A DNA stretch of 64,000 nucleotides from the human T2T-CHM13v2.0 reference genome, Homo sapiens. Shown here piece after piece: positions 42,131 to 57,164 of this stretch. The DNA is taken from assembly GCF_009914755.1 (NCBI RefSeq), contig NC_060927.1; one strand, given 5' to 3'. The notes beneath the pieces are model-generated. The model worked only from the letters and a program-made list of their open reading frames with translations, made no database searches and was not told where the DNA came from. Made by a program: the position numbers and the translations under genes. Each line of letters begins with the position of its first letter. Position 1 is the first letter of the stretch.

Positions 42131-42703
42131 TAAAGGTTCCCTCTGATGTGGACACAAACGGTGTTCTGCACCCTGGTGAACCAGCCTACACTCTAGTGCG
42201 GTCAGAGGACAGGGTTGTCTGGGAAGTGGGGAGGACTCAGAGTCCAGTGGAGCAGTAGGCTTAGAGTGTTTGGCTTGCTGAATTTTTACTACCTAGTTCA
42301 TTCAAGGGTGGCGGAGTCTGTAAAATAATTTTAGTCCAGGTCAACCATCATTGAGCAACATTTTTTCACCAATGAAAGTTATTTTCTAAACCTCTCCTAT
42401 GTTGATTAGCAAATATTCTGGTGCAGATGTCAAGAATGGCATTTGAAGTGCTTATTAGGTATCTCTGAAGTGTAGATTTCTGATTGGGTCTTTCAACCAC
42501 TAATAAGCCACCACTGAAATAAAAATTTAAATGAATTTACATTTACATATCATACTGTTTATATTTAAAGTAAATTACCACACAAATAATTTAACCTCTT
42601 AGTACATATTGAGTGAAGTTTAGGCTCAAAATAAATTCTGATCCCGGGATTACTTGAGACATTCCTCTGTCACACCAGACTCTTTATAACATTCTAGTAT
42701 TAT

Positions 42704-42734
42704 AAAATATTATACAGGGCCTGTATAATATTTT
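42704..42734. repeat. Perfect inverted repeat (15-bp arms, 1-nt spacer)
   Basis: aaaatattatacagg-g-cctgtataatatttt. Confidence 0.95.
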
Positions 42735-43189
42735 TATCATTTTTTCTCTTTACCAAGATTGATTGGAAAAGCTGCATTGATTTAACTTAGGCATCAGGGT
42801 GGTATTCATAAAGTAAAATATTATTACGGAATATAGTTTCTGTGATAGGAAATCAATCATGTGAGCCCTACAAAGAATTTTAAATCTCATTATATCAAAG
42901 TTACAATTTTTCATATTTGTGCAGAGAACTCTCTTAAAGGAGACTGCTAAGGACAGATTGAAGAAAATAGTGGCTTGATGCATATTATTTTTCTTGAGAA
43001 AGGAGAATTTGAGACTTAAGAATGCAGTTTTGAAAATATACAAGCATAAATTCACAGAATCTGCCTTCCTCACTTAAAACACTTTATGAAGGTGAAACAT
43101 AAATAATGAAAACTTTTAAAGAAATTGAAGTGAAAAAATAATGATGCAAAAGTAGAGAATCTTAAACCTAAGAAAATTTTGTTTAATGT

Positions 43190-43800
43190 TATTTTAAAAC
43201 AATTTTAGATTTACAGAAAAATTACAAAGTTAGAAGAGTTCTAATATACCCACACTCAGTTTAGCCCATTATTATCTTATACTATCATGATATATTTTTA
43301 TGATAATAAACCAATTTTAATATGTTATTGTAATAAAAGTCCATACTTGATTCAGAATTGGTTTTAGCCGAGTGTCCTTTTTCTGTTCCAGGAAACCACA
43401 TTACATTTAGTTGTCATGTTTCTCTAGGCTTGCTTCTCTTGGATGTGACTGTCTCATGATTTTCCTTGCTATGGATGACCTTGATAATTTTGAGGAATAC
43501 AGGTCAGATTTTTTGTAGAGCGCTCCTTAATTGGAATTTGTTTGATGTTTTTCTCACGACTAGATTTGGGGTTATGTGTTTTTGAAAGGAAGAGTACAGA
43601 GATAAATTGCCTTTTTCATTACAGCATATCAAGGACACATGCTATTAACATGTCATCACTGTTGATGTTGACCTTGATCACCTGGCTGAGGTAGTAGTGT
43701 TTTTCAGGTTTCTCTACTTTTTCCCGCCAATTTTCCATACTGTACTCTTTGGAATAAAATCATTATACGCAGCCTACACATTTAAGAAATGGGGAGGAAT
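43190..43800 (-). mobile_element. L1MC-type 3' relic
   Basis: 'ttttagatttacagaaaaatt...ccacattacatttagttgtcatg...gaccttgatcacctggctgaggtag'. Confidence 0.8.
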
Positions 43801-45051
43801 TCTTAAACTTTAAAAACTGTAAAAGTAATGCAGAAAACCAGGAAAATGTGCACACAGAAAAAAAATGCCTGTATATACCATTTAGTAACTTACTTTTTTT
43901 CACCTATGAATATATTGTAAAACTATTTTCATGCCAATAAATATGTTTCTACAACACAATGGCAACAGCTGCAGATATTCCATGCTGCTTGCTAATGTAC
44001 TACCACACATTCAGCTGTCCATTGTTGACCATATTAATACAGAATCTCAGAACACTAAAGCCCAAGGACACAGGTGTGCAGTCTTCACAACCAAAGGCTT
44101 AGTGCAGAAGAACTTGGGAGAAGGTTGTTTGTTATCATTGCTTTTTTTGAGTCTCTATTGTGCTATGATGCAGGGAAGGTCATTATTTCCTAATCATATT
44201 CTCTACTTTTATGGGAAAAAATACAAGACAGCAAGGTGATATTTAACTTAGTATCTTTCAAGATGTCTCAGAGATGCAGGACAGACATAGGCTAATTTCC
44301 AATATTGTCAGAAAAATTATTTGAAACTGGGAAATAGGTCAAAGAAATTGCAGGGTGTTCTTTCAGTGCCGTGCTGGGCTTCTACTGACTGGGACATGTA
44401 CAATAGGACAAAAGTAAACTTGCAGATTTTTGTCAAGTAGAGACGCAAATAATGTCTGCCCAGTGGAACAGATAACCTTAGTTTATGCCCCTGTTGGGCC
44501 TTAGCCAGTTTAAATCTAACCCAGTAATCTTATTCTAACATTTCTTTGTTAAATTGCCTACCTTTTCAAATGCTCTTTGGGCCAGTTTTGGCATTTACCA
44601 CTTTTCTCATTAAATCATGAGTTAATAAAATCTTTAACATGCATTCATTCTATATTTGCTTGAGAGCCATAATTTGGCTTTTGGAAAATTATATTTTAAC
44701 AATAGTATATAATGAAAGTTGTTTATACTTGTATTTCAGCACAACTTTAAGATCCTGAAATGTACTTTGCTTATGATGTTTTAGCAGAATATTATTTGCT
44801 CTTAATAGAATTTTCTGTATAATCTAATAACACAGTATTATATTGCAATTTCTAGTTTAATGAATGCTTATTAATTGAAAAAACTGTTAACCTGATTATA
44901 TAAGAATTTTTTCATTCCCTGTATATTTATGAAAATATTAGTTTAGTGTAATTACAAAATGGAATAGGAATAAACCTCAAATATTGAAGTTTTAAAGTAA
45001 ATCTTGACATCATTGTTGGACCTGATTTCTATACTGAGGTTTGGCTTTACT

Positions 45052-45303
45052 CAGGGCTTAAGAAACTGTGGCCTGTGAGTCAAATCTGGCCTGTCATCTG
45101 TTTTAGTTAATAAAGTTTTATTAGCTCACAGCCATGTTCATTTTTTAAATGTATTGTCTGTGGTTGCTTTTCTGCTACAAATGCAGAGTTGAACAGTTAT
45201 GGCCATTGAGTAGTTATGGCCAGTTTAGTAGAAGCCATATGGCCCACAAGGCCTAAAATATTTACTATCTGCCTTCTAACAGAAAAAAGTGTGTTGACTT
45301 TGG
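45052..45303 (+). mobile_element. MER58A (hAT-Charlie)
   Basis: 'caaatctggcctg...aataaagttttattagctcacagcc...tggcccacaaggcctaaaatatttactatctg'. Confidence 0.88.
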
Positions 45304-45360
45304 CTTTACCTGTAAAAGGGTATGGCTTTTTGTATAATGGGGTAATATTCTACTTTACTA

Positions 45361-45760
<400 letters not shown>

Positions 45761-46938
45761 TTAACCTACCTTTAATATTTTACTGATCAACATATTTATA
45801 TTTATTAAATAAATAAACTGAACTTTTCATTCATCAGCTACTCTAATGTAAATAAGCTTTCTAAAATATTTGTATTATAATGTTGACAACTGGTTCTGAG
45901 TCATAAGATATTTTAATAGTTCAGTCTGGCAACTAATTGCTTGCCTTGGGCATTATAATGGCTCTTGCTGAGTGAGGAGTAAAGAATGCTTCTATCATTT
46001 TATTCTCAGCCCACTTTCTGGTGAAGTGATGTAAGGTAATAAATATTTGGTAATATTTTTAAAGCTGCATATTGGTAAGTGTCTTTTGGAACAGAAAAGA
46101 CCAGATTTCGTGTTAGTGCAAAAATAGAAGAGAAATGTAAGTTTTCAAATATTGCATAAAAACATTATTTTCTTGAGTTGGCCATTTTCAGAAGGGAAAA
46201 CCTTGGGCATTATGTTATTTAAGGAAGGAAATTTTTGAAAATGCCACGTCTTTAAAATCCAGCTAATACTGACGGGAGCTTGATTAGTTTCCAAACTCAC
46301 TAAGCCAACCTCTGTCTACAATTCTTTCTTCTAATTTTTTAAACATTCATAAGTGATTCTGTTGGCTCTTGTCCTTTAATCTATTGAAATGCTCCCATTC
46401 TCTGTTCTGGGCTGTGTGCCTTCTCAACAGATGCTCACCAAGAGTTTCTTTGGGGCCAAAGGGTTCAGTGGCATTTATAGATAAAGTAAACAAAAGGATA
46501 ATAAGGAAATGATCTTGCCATACTCATCTTTCTGTCTGACCATAACCCTGAACATGACAAAAACCTAACACACACTTATTGAGGATGATGGAGGACACCT
46601 GCAAGGCAACTCATGCTCAGGAGAGGTGGCTCCATGACTCCAGGATTATGTTTCCTAGCTGCTGATCAATCTCTGAGTGCAGGCTTCCAGGGCTCTCCAC
46701 CCAGAGCTGTCTCTCCAGCTTCCAAGGTCACCAATAGAATTCGAACTTGCATTAGCTTCTCTATTCTTCCTTTTTTCACACCTCACAGAGGATGCTGGTG
46801 GGAGACCATGACGCCATCCTGGGATTCCAGCTCTAAATCTGTGATTTAGGGAGTTAGTTGGGTATATATAACTTGCAGCACATGCTTGCTGTGTGATGTT
46901 CCATAACTAATCATTTCCAGCCTGATCCTTTCAAGTCA

Positions 46939-47374
<436 letters not shown>

Positions 47375-49085
47375 TTACAGGAGCACCTTCACTTTGCTCT
47401 ATCTTGCCCATTATGTGCTGTTTAATATGGAGGTTTCAAATTCAAAAATTTAAGCCTGAGATTTTTAATCTCTATTTTTTCTTGTACTGATGGAAAAGGA
47501 AATGATGAGTTCTAAAACATGAAATGCTAGGAAGCACTTCATGTGCCTTTAGATGTTCAGGAGTGGAGACACTGGGTCTGTGGTTGTCAATACATTGCTC
47601 TGCTAACCCTGGGATGTGGCTGAGTTCATTCAGTTAGTGTTGCAAAATCAGAGCCTATTTTTGTTTTGCCTAATTGGGAAAATAAGGCAATCAATGCTTT
47701 TCTAAGTAAACTAAGTTAAAAAAATCATTAAGATAATTAAGGTAATCTTTGTTTAAAGAAGAAAAGTTTGGAGCTATAATCAGAATCCTGCTAGTGGGTT
47801 AAGAAGAAAATTCTAGACAAATATTCTCCTTTTCTCTGATTCCCATTCTGGTAACTATCTTATTTTTCATTGCCTAATGATATGGATCACTTTTTTTTTT
47901 TTTAAACCAAACCTGTTCTTTCTGTTTCTACTGAAGTTCAACCTCTGAAAGAGATTAGGTACCCTTATTCAGCTTATCAAGCATGAAACCTTCAGCTGTG
48001 CTTCCTCACATTTCCCTGGAACAAATGCATCCATATTTGGGGGCTGGCGGTTCATCCAGGTTGGTACAGCAACAGTTGATCAGGCAATCTCTGAAAATGT
48101 CAACTTCAGAATCTCTTCTCATTCTCATCCATGGACATGTATGTTAATGGAGGTTAAAATAATGACCATAAAGAGAATCCTAATGTTAGTTGTACATGAT
48201 ACTTGAACTTGACAATAACAAAACCTAAATGACACAAGAAGCAAAAATGGAATGACAGGTAATTTTCTAAAGTCAATGATATAGGCCAGCCCTAAATTGA
48301 AGGTTATTCTGATAAGGGGAGCTTGGCAGGCTTGCAGACACTGTGTTTAACTTTTGTTTCTGTCAGAGAACTCTCTGAAAGATGCCAGGTTTAGTGGAAT
48401 TTAGATAAAGACATTCTCATTTCAGCTGAAAGTTGGACATTCCTTTGTGTCTGATTCATACCTGTAATATTGTCAAGTCTGATAGAATTTCAGAAGCACT
48501 TCAACATTTTTAACAGTCCCGGTTTCTGAGTAAGCTGTCACAGCATCTCAACTTGGGGGTTAGGAGAAAATGAGGAGAATCATAGTCACTGAAGGGAGGT
48601 AAACTTGAGAGGTGCCAAATAATGGAAATTTCTAGTATAATAACATTCAAGAGCAAAAGTGAATCAGCAGACACAAGTAAATTAGGGAGCTTTAATGTGT
48701 AAGGATTTAAAGAGCCCAGAGAAAGCCCCCACCCTTGTTTCAGAATTGTTCTCTCACTGCCTTTAAATCAGTTAGAGATTCATAAAATAAAGCATGGCTC
48801 AAAAAGCAGTTATTAATGCTTCATGTGAATCAGTGGACTAGCTTTCTTCTGCAGTGTTGCAGCCTACATGGCATCCTATATGTGTAGGTTCCTATATACA
48901 TCCAAAAGATAAATAGATAATGAGGTACTAAGGTAGACTGTACATGAGAAGGAGGTTTGAGCAGGTTACTGCAGTGGGTAGAATAGGAGTAGTAATTGGG
49001 TGGGTGCTTTGGAGAAAAGGAAAACTGAAAAAGTTTCAAGGGGAAGAGTTTAAAATGCACATGATCTGGATCCTAAATATTTAAA

Positions 49086-49227
49086 GAGTGGTCTTTCTGG
49101 GCCAGCAATATCAGTAGTACCTGGGAGCATGTTAGAAATGTAAGACTCGGACCCGCTGAATCAGAATGGGCATTTCACAGTATCCCCATGTAATTCATAT
49201 GCACTCTAAAGTTGAGAAGCACCGGTC
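49086..49227 (+). mobile_element. MER5-family (hAT-Charlie) element
   Basis: 'acctgggagcatgttagaaatg...ctgaatcagaa...taaagttgagaagcac'. Confidence 0.75.
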
Positions 49228-49915
49228 TTGTGTGCTTCTTTTGCCAAGGGCCTGTTCAAGCAAAATAAGGTTCTCTGATCTCTCAAGGTCACTGATAGAT
49301 GCTCAGGATGCCCTCTTGAACACGCAGATTCATGGCCCAAATGGAAAATCGGATTCACTTTTCAGCAACTTCATTTCTCTTAGCAACTATTTTAGCAGAG
49401 AGAAAGGAAATTAAATCTTGTCTATTGCTATGGATAAGGGTGTCTTTGAACTGCTAAAAAGAAGCATACTTGTTAGGAACCAAATCATGTCCTGTGTGAG
49501 AGTTAAATAATGGTTATGGAGAGGCAGGAATTTGCAATACTAGGAAATTTAGAGGTAGAATTCACAGCTGAAGTCTTTATCATTATAAAGCCTTACGAAG
49601 GTTATTGACTACACTAGGACAATTTTGATCGTTTTTAGGTTTTAGATGAGATTAGGAGAATTTTGTATCAGGAATAATTTTTTAAATATGAAGGAGAAAC
49701 TAGTTTTAAAAGATCATTTTCAATACCAAGACACAGAATTAGAGCCAGCTTAAGTGCAATATGAAAAGTAAACTTTGTAAACAGTTTTGGGATGACAGAT
49801 TCTGATGAGAGAAGTCAGACTATTCTTGATAGGGCTGCAGGAGAGCCAGATAAGAAGACAAAGCAGATGTTTATTGCGAATAGATGAAGAAGAGAGAGTA
49901 GCCAATAAGCATTAA

Positions 49916-50284
<369 letters not shown>

Positions 50285-51354
50285 GGGAGCTGATATTTTC
50301 TATCAGGTTCCCTGCTAGATGTTAGTGATAATAATATGACCTTGTCCTGCTCTCCAGTTATTCAAGTGAAGACAATTAACCATAGTACAAGCCAGCCTGT
50401 GGTAAGTACCATAATGAAGAATCATGCTTTTTTATTTTTAACATCCTGAACCTCCCAAGAAAATTTTGCTCTTTATCAAAGGAAACAAAAGAGTGAAAAT
50501 GGACAAGGAGAATAGAGGTAGTTGAGGAGTGGAGGTGGGGGCTGTTTTGGCCTTGTGGTACTTGAGATATGTAATTTGGAAACTGGCAATGCACCTGTCA
50601 GTATTTGGCCCTCTTTTGAGGCCTACAAGAACTCTCTGGTTTGCTACCCAATGCCTATAAACAATTTAGCTTGCAAAAAACACCAGCTCTACTATTAAAA
50701 TTCCTCTTTAGCTTTGAATCCTTGTTGTGTCTTGGTTGCCAACACTTGGTGGTGGTTTAGTGATATGATTCTTAAATGTTTAAATGTGGTGCATACTGTT
50801 CAATTTTAACATGATTGATGAAAATAAAAGTTAACAACTCTCCCCCTGTACAGTACTTAGTTGATTAATTGATTGAGCCCTATTAAACTAAATTACCAAT
50901 AGAAGTAGGTGTTTGAGAGCTGGAGTGGCCTCTGGCAACTTTAAGAAATAAACAAACTTTGCAGCCTCATCCCTATTACTTGGGATGCTTAAGAAGCCTC
51001 TGAGTCCTCAAAGCCTCCCGAGTTCAGGTATTAGCATGAAAAATCCCTGATTATTGCTTCCTTTACATCTAGACTTTCTCATGCTATAATCCACTGTAGT
51101 TTTCTCAATCTGGCTCTCTCCATCTCCTTCTAATAACCTAGTGTTTGTGTTTCATTTGTTAGTTTCAGATTAATTATTTTCTGATTTTATAAACTAAGAT
51201 ACTATGATAACTGCTATTATTGTTTTTTTCTTCCCCATAGCATAATTAAGTTTAAATAGCATCGTTTTAGGAGCATCTATGGTGGGAATTTCAGGCACAC
51301 ATAGAGGCCTTCAGCAAGTTACTTTATATGTAGGGATTTCTTATTTCAGAATTA

Positions 51355-51668
51355 GCAAAACTGTGGCTGGATAGGGGCCGCAAGCAGTTTTTGTTTGTTT
51401 TAACTCTGTTTATTTAAACCATTAGGTGCTAATATGTAAATCTGAAAATTACCCCTTAAAATCCAAATTTTCGGTTTCTCTTGATGAGTTAGAAGCTCTG
51501 ATTTCACTTGGTCCACATTCTCTCGCAGAATGAGTTGACTGGTGCTATGTGGCAGCTACCTTTTTCGGATGGGTCATGTCCTCGTACTGTGTAGTGCAGT
51601 GGTGTTTTTCTCATATTCTTAACTTTCCTGACACTGGTGGGTATTTGCATTTGGAAATTCTGGTCTAG
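51355..51668 (+). mobile_element. MER102-like hAT element
   Basis: 'aaatccaaattttcggtttctcttga...gactggtgctatgtggcagctacc...tatttgcatttg'. Confidence 0.5.
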
Positions 51669-53601
51669 TCACTCTGCGTTTGGGCTTTGCCCAGATTTGG
51701 GGAGCAAGAAAAACCAAAGTGCAAATTAAATATTTTTGCCTTTTTTGATGTCAAATGACAATTTTAAATATCTATCAGCTCTTCAATAATAATTTTAAAA
51801 AAGTCTCTTGGATTTCATAAGTTGGCAAAGTTTTTGAAAGTCACACATAAGTCCTTGCATTACAATGGCTAAAATTAACCATGATACAGAAACTAAGTGA
51901 GTTGTCTGCTGAGAATTATCATTACTTTGTAGATATATTTTAGAGGCCTATTGGAAACTAAATCCATCGTAATAAAAGAAGATGCTGAGTAAATTATCTT
52001 TAAAAAGCTTCTGCTAACAATCCACTCTAATAAAAACTTCTGGAAATCTAGAAGTTGGAAGTGGCATTTAGCCATATTAAAATCTGTCAAAATGAAATGC
52101 ATATATTCACTTTCTCTTGAAAATGAGGCAGAAAGTCACATATAACTAAAAAATGATAGGCTTTGAAAAAATTAATGGAATCAGTAGGATTAGTAAGCAA
52201 GATATTGTAACATGTTACAAACTTAGCTGTGCTAATTTATGCTTTCCATTAGAGGTGTAAATATACTTGTGTGTCATTTCATAAAGATGAGTTTCCTTCT
52301 TAGCCTTGATGATTAAGGTGATTACAAAACAAACAAACTTACAACTGTGAATTGCTTCAAGTTCTTGTTTTGTTGTGGAATTGCTTTTGAAGCAACTAAA
52401 GCAGATTAAAAAAAAGTATTGTGATAACTAGTGCTAGAGAAAGTTTGAGGGTATATGACTGGATGTAGAAGAGAAAACTGCTTTTGAATATGCTCAGAAT
52501 GTGTGGCGTTTGTTAATCTTCACTGATAATTATAATTCTTAATCCCAGAAACAAAATATTGATTTCTCATTTTAACACATCTTCGTATGCCTGCAATAAC
52601 TTTTGGCACCAGGGTTTCAATGTTTCTTCAATCCAGGCAGGCATTTTTTGAGGAGTGTCTGTGTGTGTACTGGGGGTAGTGATAGGGGCGGTGTTGGGGA
52701 ATGGTGGTAGTTCATTGAAGATTTGTATTTTCTATAACTGTTTTATTATTCTGTGCTTTTTTTTTGGCAAGTAGACATTGTATTTCATGATAAACTTCCC
52801 AATCATGGTTCTGAAGCATAGCAACACTGTTAGAGCACTTTTGTATTTTTTGTTTGTTTGTTTGTTTAAGGCGGAGTGGCTTGTCCTAGGCTAGAAACTC
52901 AATGACCCATTCGAAATCTACTCTATTGCTCTTTTGTTTTTTAGCTGGAAGCTATTAGCTGGGTCTATAAGCCTTCTTCTTGAAGTGTTATTTTTGATAG
53001 ACAATGGATTTGAACATTGGGTTTTGAATCCAGGAGTCTAGGTCAATTTTTGTTCTTTTCTTTCTGAGGTTGTTTATTAGTTTCATTTAGACCACTTTAG
53101 AAAGAAAGAAACACAGAAATTTAACTTTTGAGAGTGAGTTTTGCTGGTTTTTTTTTTTTCATCCAGCTAGCTGTTTCAGCAGCAAATTAGCTAAAGAAAT
53201 GGAGATGCAGGTGTCTTGACTTTAGAAGAAGAGAGGCTGTCCAATCACCCTTTAACCCTGTAATTCTTGCTAAGGGATTCAGAAACAATGGAGAGAGGCA
53301 GGCTTTCCTGAGCCTAGAATTCAGTACTTGTAAGAAGCCTTGGTGATCATTTATTTTCCAGTATTCCTCCCAAATTGTCACATGGGTTAGTCATTCTCCC
53401 CTATCTCTTCCTCATAACTTAAGTTTATTTTATGTAAAAGCTTTTGGATTAATATTTTCCATATTTTTTATTAAAAATATCTTGGACTCATCAAATACAT
53501 AATTTGAAACTTATATTTGAATTGTGAACATGGATTTTAGTGTCAGTAAAAACTCTAGGGAACTCAGAGGTGCATGGGTAGCCTATTATTAAAATATACA
53601 T

Positions 53602-53710
53602 CAGGAGGCTGAGGTGAGAGGATTGCTTGAGCACAGGCATTCCAGGCTGCAGTGAGCTATGATCGCACAGATGCTCTCCAGCCTGGGCGACAGGGCAAGA
53701 TCCTGTCTAG
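53602..53710 (+). mobile_element. Truncated FRAM/AluJ right arm
   Basis: 'caggaggctgaggtgagaggattgcttgagc...gctgcagtgagctatgatc...gcaagatcctgtct'. Confidence 0.88.
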
Positions 53711-53755
53711 AGACGAGACGAGACGGGACGGGACGGGACGGGACGGGACGAGACG
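53711..53755. repeat. (AGACG)3(GGACG)5(AGACG) CpG-rich pentamer repeat in place of the Alu tail
   Basis: Nine 5-bp units, each with a CpG, read directly. Confidence 0.95.
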
Positions 53756-53779
53756 TATTTAATGTATAGTTTCTTCTTT

Positions 53780-54198
53780 ATTAGGGCAATAATACACAGT
53801 CATAGTAGAAATATTGAGAAAAGTTTAAAAAAACTTAAGTAAATAGAAATTATTCATAAGTTTACACAGGAATAAATATAGTTTCCTCAAGTATATTGTG
53901 TGTGCTATATTTGTATTTTTTTCAAAATTTGAAGTCACTATGTTTTTATATCCTGCTTTTTAAAAATTAAACTTTTTTTCATGAAACATTTCCTGTCTAC
54001 TTATACATTCTCAAAAAACATTTTGATTGGCTGAATAGCATTTTACTTAAGAAGAAACACAAATTAGCCACCCAGTTTTGAATCATTTAGATTGTTTCCA
54101 TTGTTTTCCTATTACAAATAATTCTGTGCCATCCTTTTTCCTTAATGTTTTCTGTGCCTTTCTCATTATTTTCTTGGAATAAATTTCTAGAAGTTGAG
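53780..54198 (-). mobile_element. L1ME-type relic (appears to resume about 55710-56880)
   Basis: 'catttagattgtttcca...attacaaataa...ggaataaatttctagaagt'; later 'atactgccaaatgaccctt'. Confidence 0.6.
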
Positions 54199-54219
54199 TG
54201 ACTAAAACTGTTTTTACTC

Positions 54220-55705
54220 ACATACCAATGACTTCCAGCTTGGAAAATTCCAAGGACATTTTCATTCTTATATTCTCCGACTTCTTAGATGCGTTAGACT
54301 TCAACAATGTTTTTAAATCCACAATTCGGCAATTTCAACAGCAACATCCTTTTTTCCCCTCTATTCTCTGTTACCAGCCTATCTTATATATGACCATGGC
54401 TTAAAATATAAACTTGATTGACGTTCACTAATTTCTGTTTCCCACACAGATTTCTTTTCTGACCTGTTTTCTGACATCTTCAGTTTGGATGTCTTACAGG
54501 CATATCACACCCAATGTCTTCAGATCCAATCTTCTTCCTTGTTCCCTTCCAGCCTGTTCCTCCTCTGAGGTTTGTCCCCATCAATGGATGATACCACCAT
54601 CTATCCAGTTGCCCAGGTGGTCAGCTGCTCATGCTAGGAAGCTGTTCTTGATAGCAAATACCTCACATCAAGTTCTAGTGCTTCTATATCCAAAACAGAT
54701 TTCAAGTTTATCTCCTACTTCCAGTTCATTATCTTATACCATTACTATTTTAATTATGTCAAAGGCAGAAATTGAACAAAGGAGGAGATTGATTTTAATC
54801 AGGCCATTGAAATAAAATAAATCATCCTAATCTCAGCTAGTAACTTATGAGAAAAAGAATGGGAAATTGGAGGGGCTAAAGGGGAAGTGTCTGTGGATGA
54901 CCTTGTCACAAATATGGGAGGGAGTCATCTACTAATCTTATGAGAGTCGTGAACAAAAGTAGTAGGGATTTATGTCTAACTCAGATGGGGAAAGGTAGTT
55001 CTTCGTAGTAAACCAGTTCCTGGAACACAAAAGTTTGAGGAGATTTTGTCACCATTGTCCTGGAGCACAAGGCCGAGGCCAATCTCAATATTATCAATAG
55101 CCTTCTAGTTGATCTTCCTGAAACTTCCTTTGCCCCAAATAATTAATTTTCCATGCAATGTCAAAGGGATCATTTTAAACAGGACCAAGTTATTCTCCTG
55201 TTTAAAACTCAATGACTTCTTTATTCCAAGACATAGATTTCTTAACATGCTCTACCATAACCTTACTATTTTTTTGCTACAATCCTTTATTGTATACCTT
55301 GAATTGCCAAACTTTACACTTCCCATTCTTCCAGATATCCTCATCCATTTTTCTTTCTCTCTGGAGTCTCTCTCTTGCCCCTTCTCCCCCACTTTATCTG
55401 GCTACTTGTCCTCATCCTTCAGTAGTCAGTTTAGATGGCATTTCTCTGAACCCATCTTCACTACCCCATTATTAGGTTAGAGCTTCTCATTATTTTTTTC
55501 TCGTAGCAACCTACACATTTTCACTATAGTGCTTAAAACCACAAGTGATTGTATAGCTATTTGTAAAACAATTTAATGCTTATTTTTCATAGCAGATTGT
55601 AAGCTTTTTGATGTGTGGGATATTGTATATCTTGCTGTCTCCCCAGTCTGTAGCAGAGTATCCGGTTTTTATTGATACTCACCAAATTTATCTTAAATAA
55701 GTGAA
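54220..55705 (+). mobile_element. L2 fragments, with a probable LTR-like insert at about 54757-55090
   Basis: 'tttggatgtcttacaggcat', 'ccaccatctatccagttgcccagg', 'gattgtaagctttttga'; purine-rich insert in the middle. Confidence 0.6.
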
Positions 55706-55999
55706 ATAATTGATACTGCCAAATGACCCTTCAGCAATGGTGTAATAACTTAAACTCCCATTTGCCAATTTAAAGTTATGCCGGTCTTCCTGCAACCTTC
55801 ACCAAGTTGGTAGGAGAAAACTGGTTTTGTTTTATTACAATTTGCCATTTAAATTATGTTGAAAATTTACCTTTTAAAGATATGCTTATTGACTGTTTTA
55901 TTCTTTTGTGAACTGTTATATCAAATTTTTGATTGGAATGTTTACCTTATATTAATTTTGAGTTATTCATATGTTAAGAGTATTAATCTTTTGTTAATA

Positions 56000-56472
56000 T
56001 GTAATGAAGACTCTCTCCTTTGACTAACTTGAGTCAGGATCTTCTGAGTCCTCTTTCTGACTTTGCCCCAACCTTAGGGTCTGTCCACAGTCTAGCTGCT
56101 TTGTCCACTTAGTCCAGTTTAAGCAAAAATTCTGCTGAGTCAGTTTAGCAAATATCCTCCATCCTTGATATCTTATGAAATTTCTTATCCCTCCACCCTC
56201 AATATCTTATCCCCTGGTCTGCCTTTAGCAATAACTCTGTTCGGTTGGTTTAGCCAGACTCCTTCCTACCCTCGATGTTTCCTCTTAGTAATTTCCATCT
56301 ACTGACCTCTACCCTTCTCCTTGCCTATAAATCTCCACTTGTCCTTGTTATATTTGGAGTTGACTTTGATCTCTCTCTCCTGCCACAAAGCCCCATTGCA
56401 GTAGGGAGGGCTATGCTTAGAGTGTGCCTTACTGTTCTTTAACAAGTATCAAGAATAATTTTTTCTTTAACA
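56000..56472 (+). mobile_element. MER31-like ERV1 solo LTR
   Basis: TG...CA ends; 'gatgtttcctcttagtaatttccatc...cctataaatctccacttgtcc...ttttctttaaca'. Confidence 0.8.
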
Positions 56473-57164
56473 GGTTATAGTTATAGATATTTCCCCATTT
56501 TGTCATCTACCTTTAAATTTTGCTAATAATAGCACTCTGATATACATAAAGTTTTAATATTTATTACATTCCATCAATAGTTTATTTTATATTTTTACCT
56601 TTACTTTTATGCATACAAAGTTTTCATCTTCATATAAGTTTACTCATCTATTTCTTTCTACCTGGTTTAAATTTAAAAATATATATATTTAAGTATAGGT
56701 ATATATATATTTTCTTCACTCTTTTTATCATGTAAATTTTATTTTGGTCAATGGTATGAGATAGGTTAATAAGTTTTCTCATATATATTTGAGAATAAGG
56801 GAATATTTTATTTCTTGAATTAATATTAAATACAAATAACACAAAATGCTTAAATGTTTTTCTTTAATGAGTTTAAGAATATCTTTAATTTGTTCTTAAG
56901 TATTACTCTTCCTTTTATCATCCAAGTTGTTACACATAGCTGTCTTTGACCACGGGTGGAGTGTGTGTTTGTGTGTATGTGTGTGTGTGTGGTGGGGGGC
57001 AGCATTATATTGTGGCTTGCTCTTTCTGACCTAGGACCCCTATTATGTACTATCAGCCATTGCTGATGTGATAGGAATCCACATTGCCACCTTTTTCACA
57101 TGCTGTACATTCATAATTGACTGGAGTTGGAAGAAAACATCATCTTTATTTTGAGTAATGCTTC

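Noticed and set aside
53710-53755. Repeated GAGACG (BsmBI sites) as a cloning or synthetic scar
   Set aside because: No vector sequence nearby; the sites are units of a tandem pentamer at an Alu tail.
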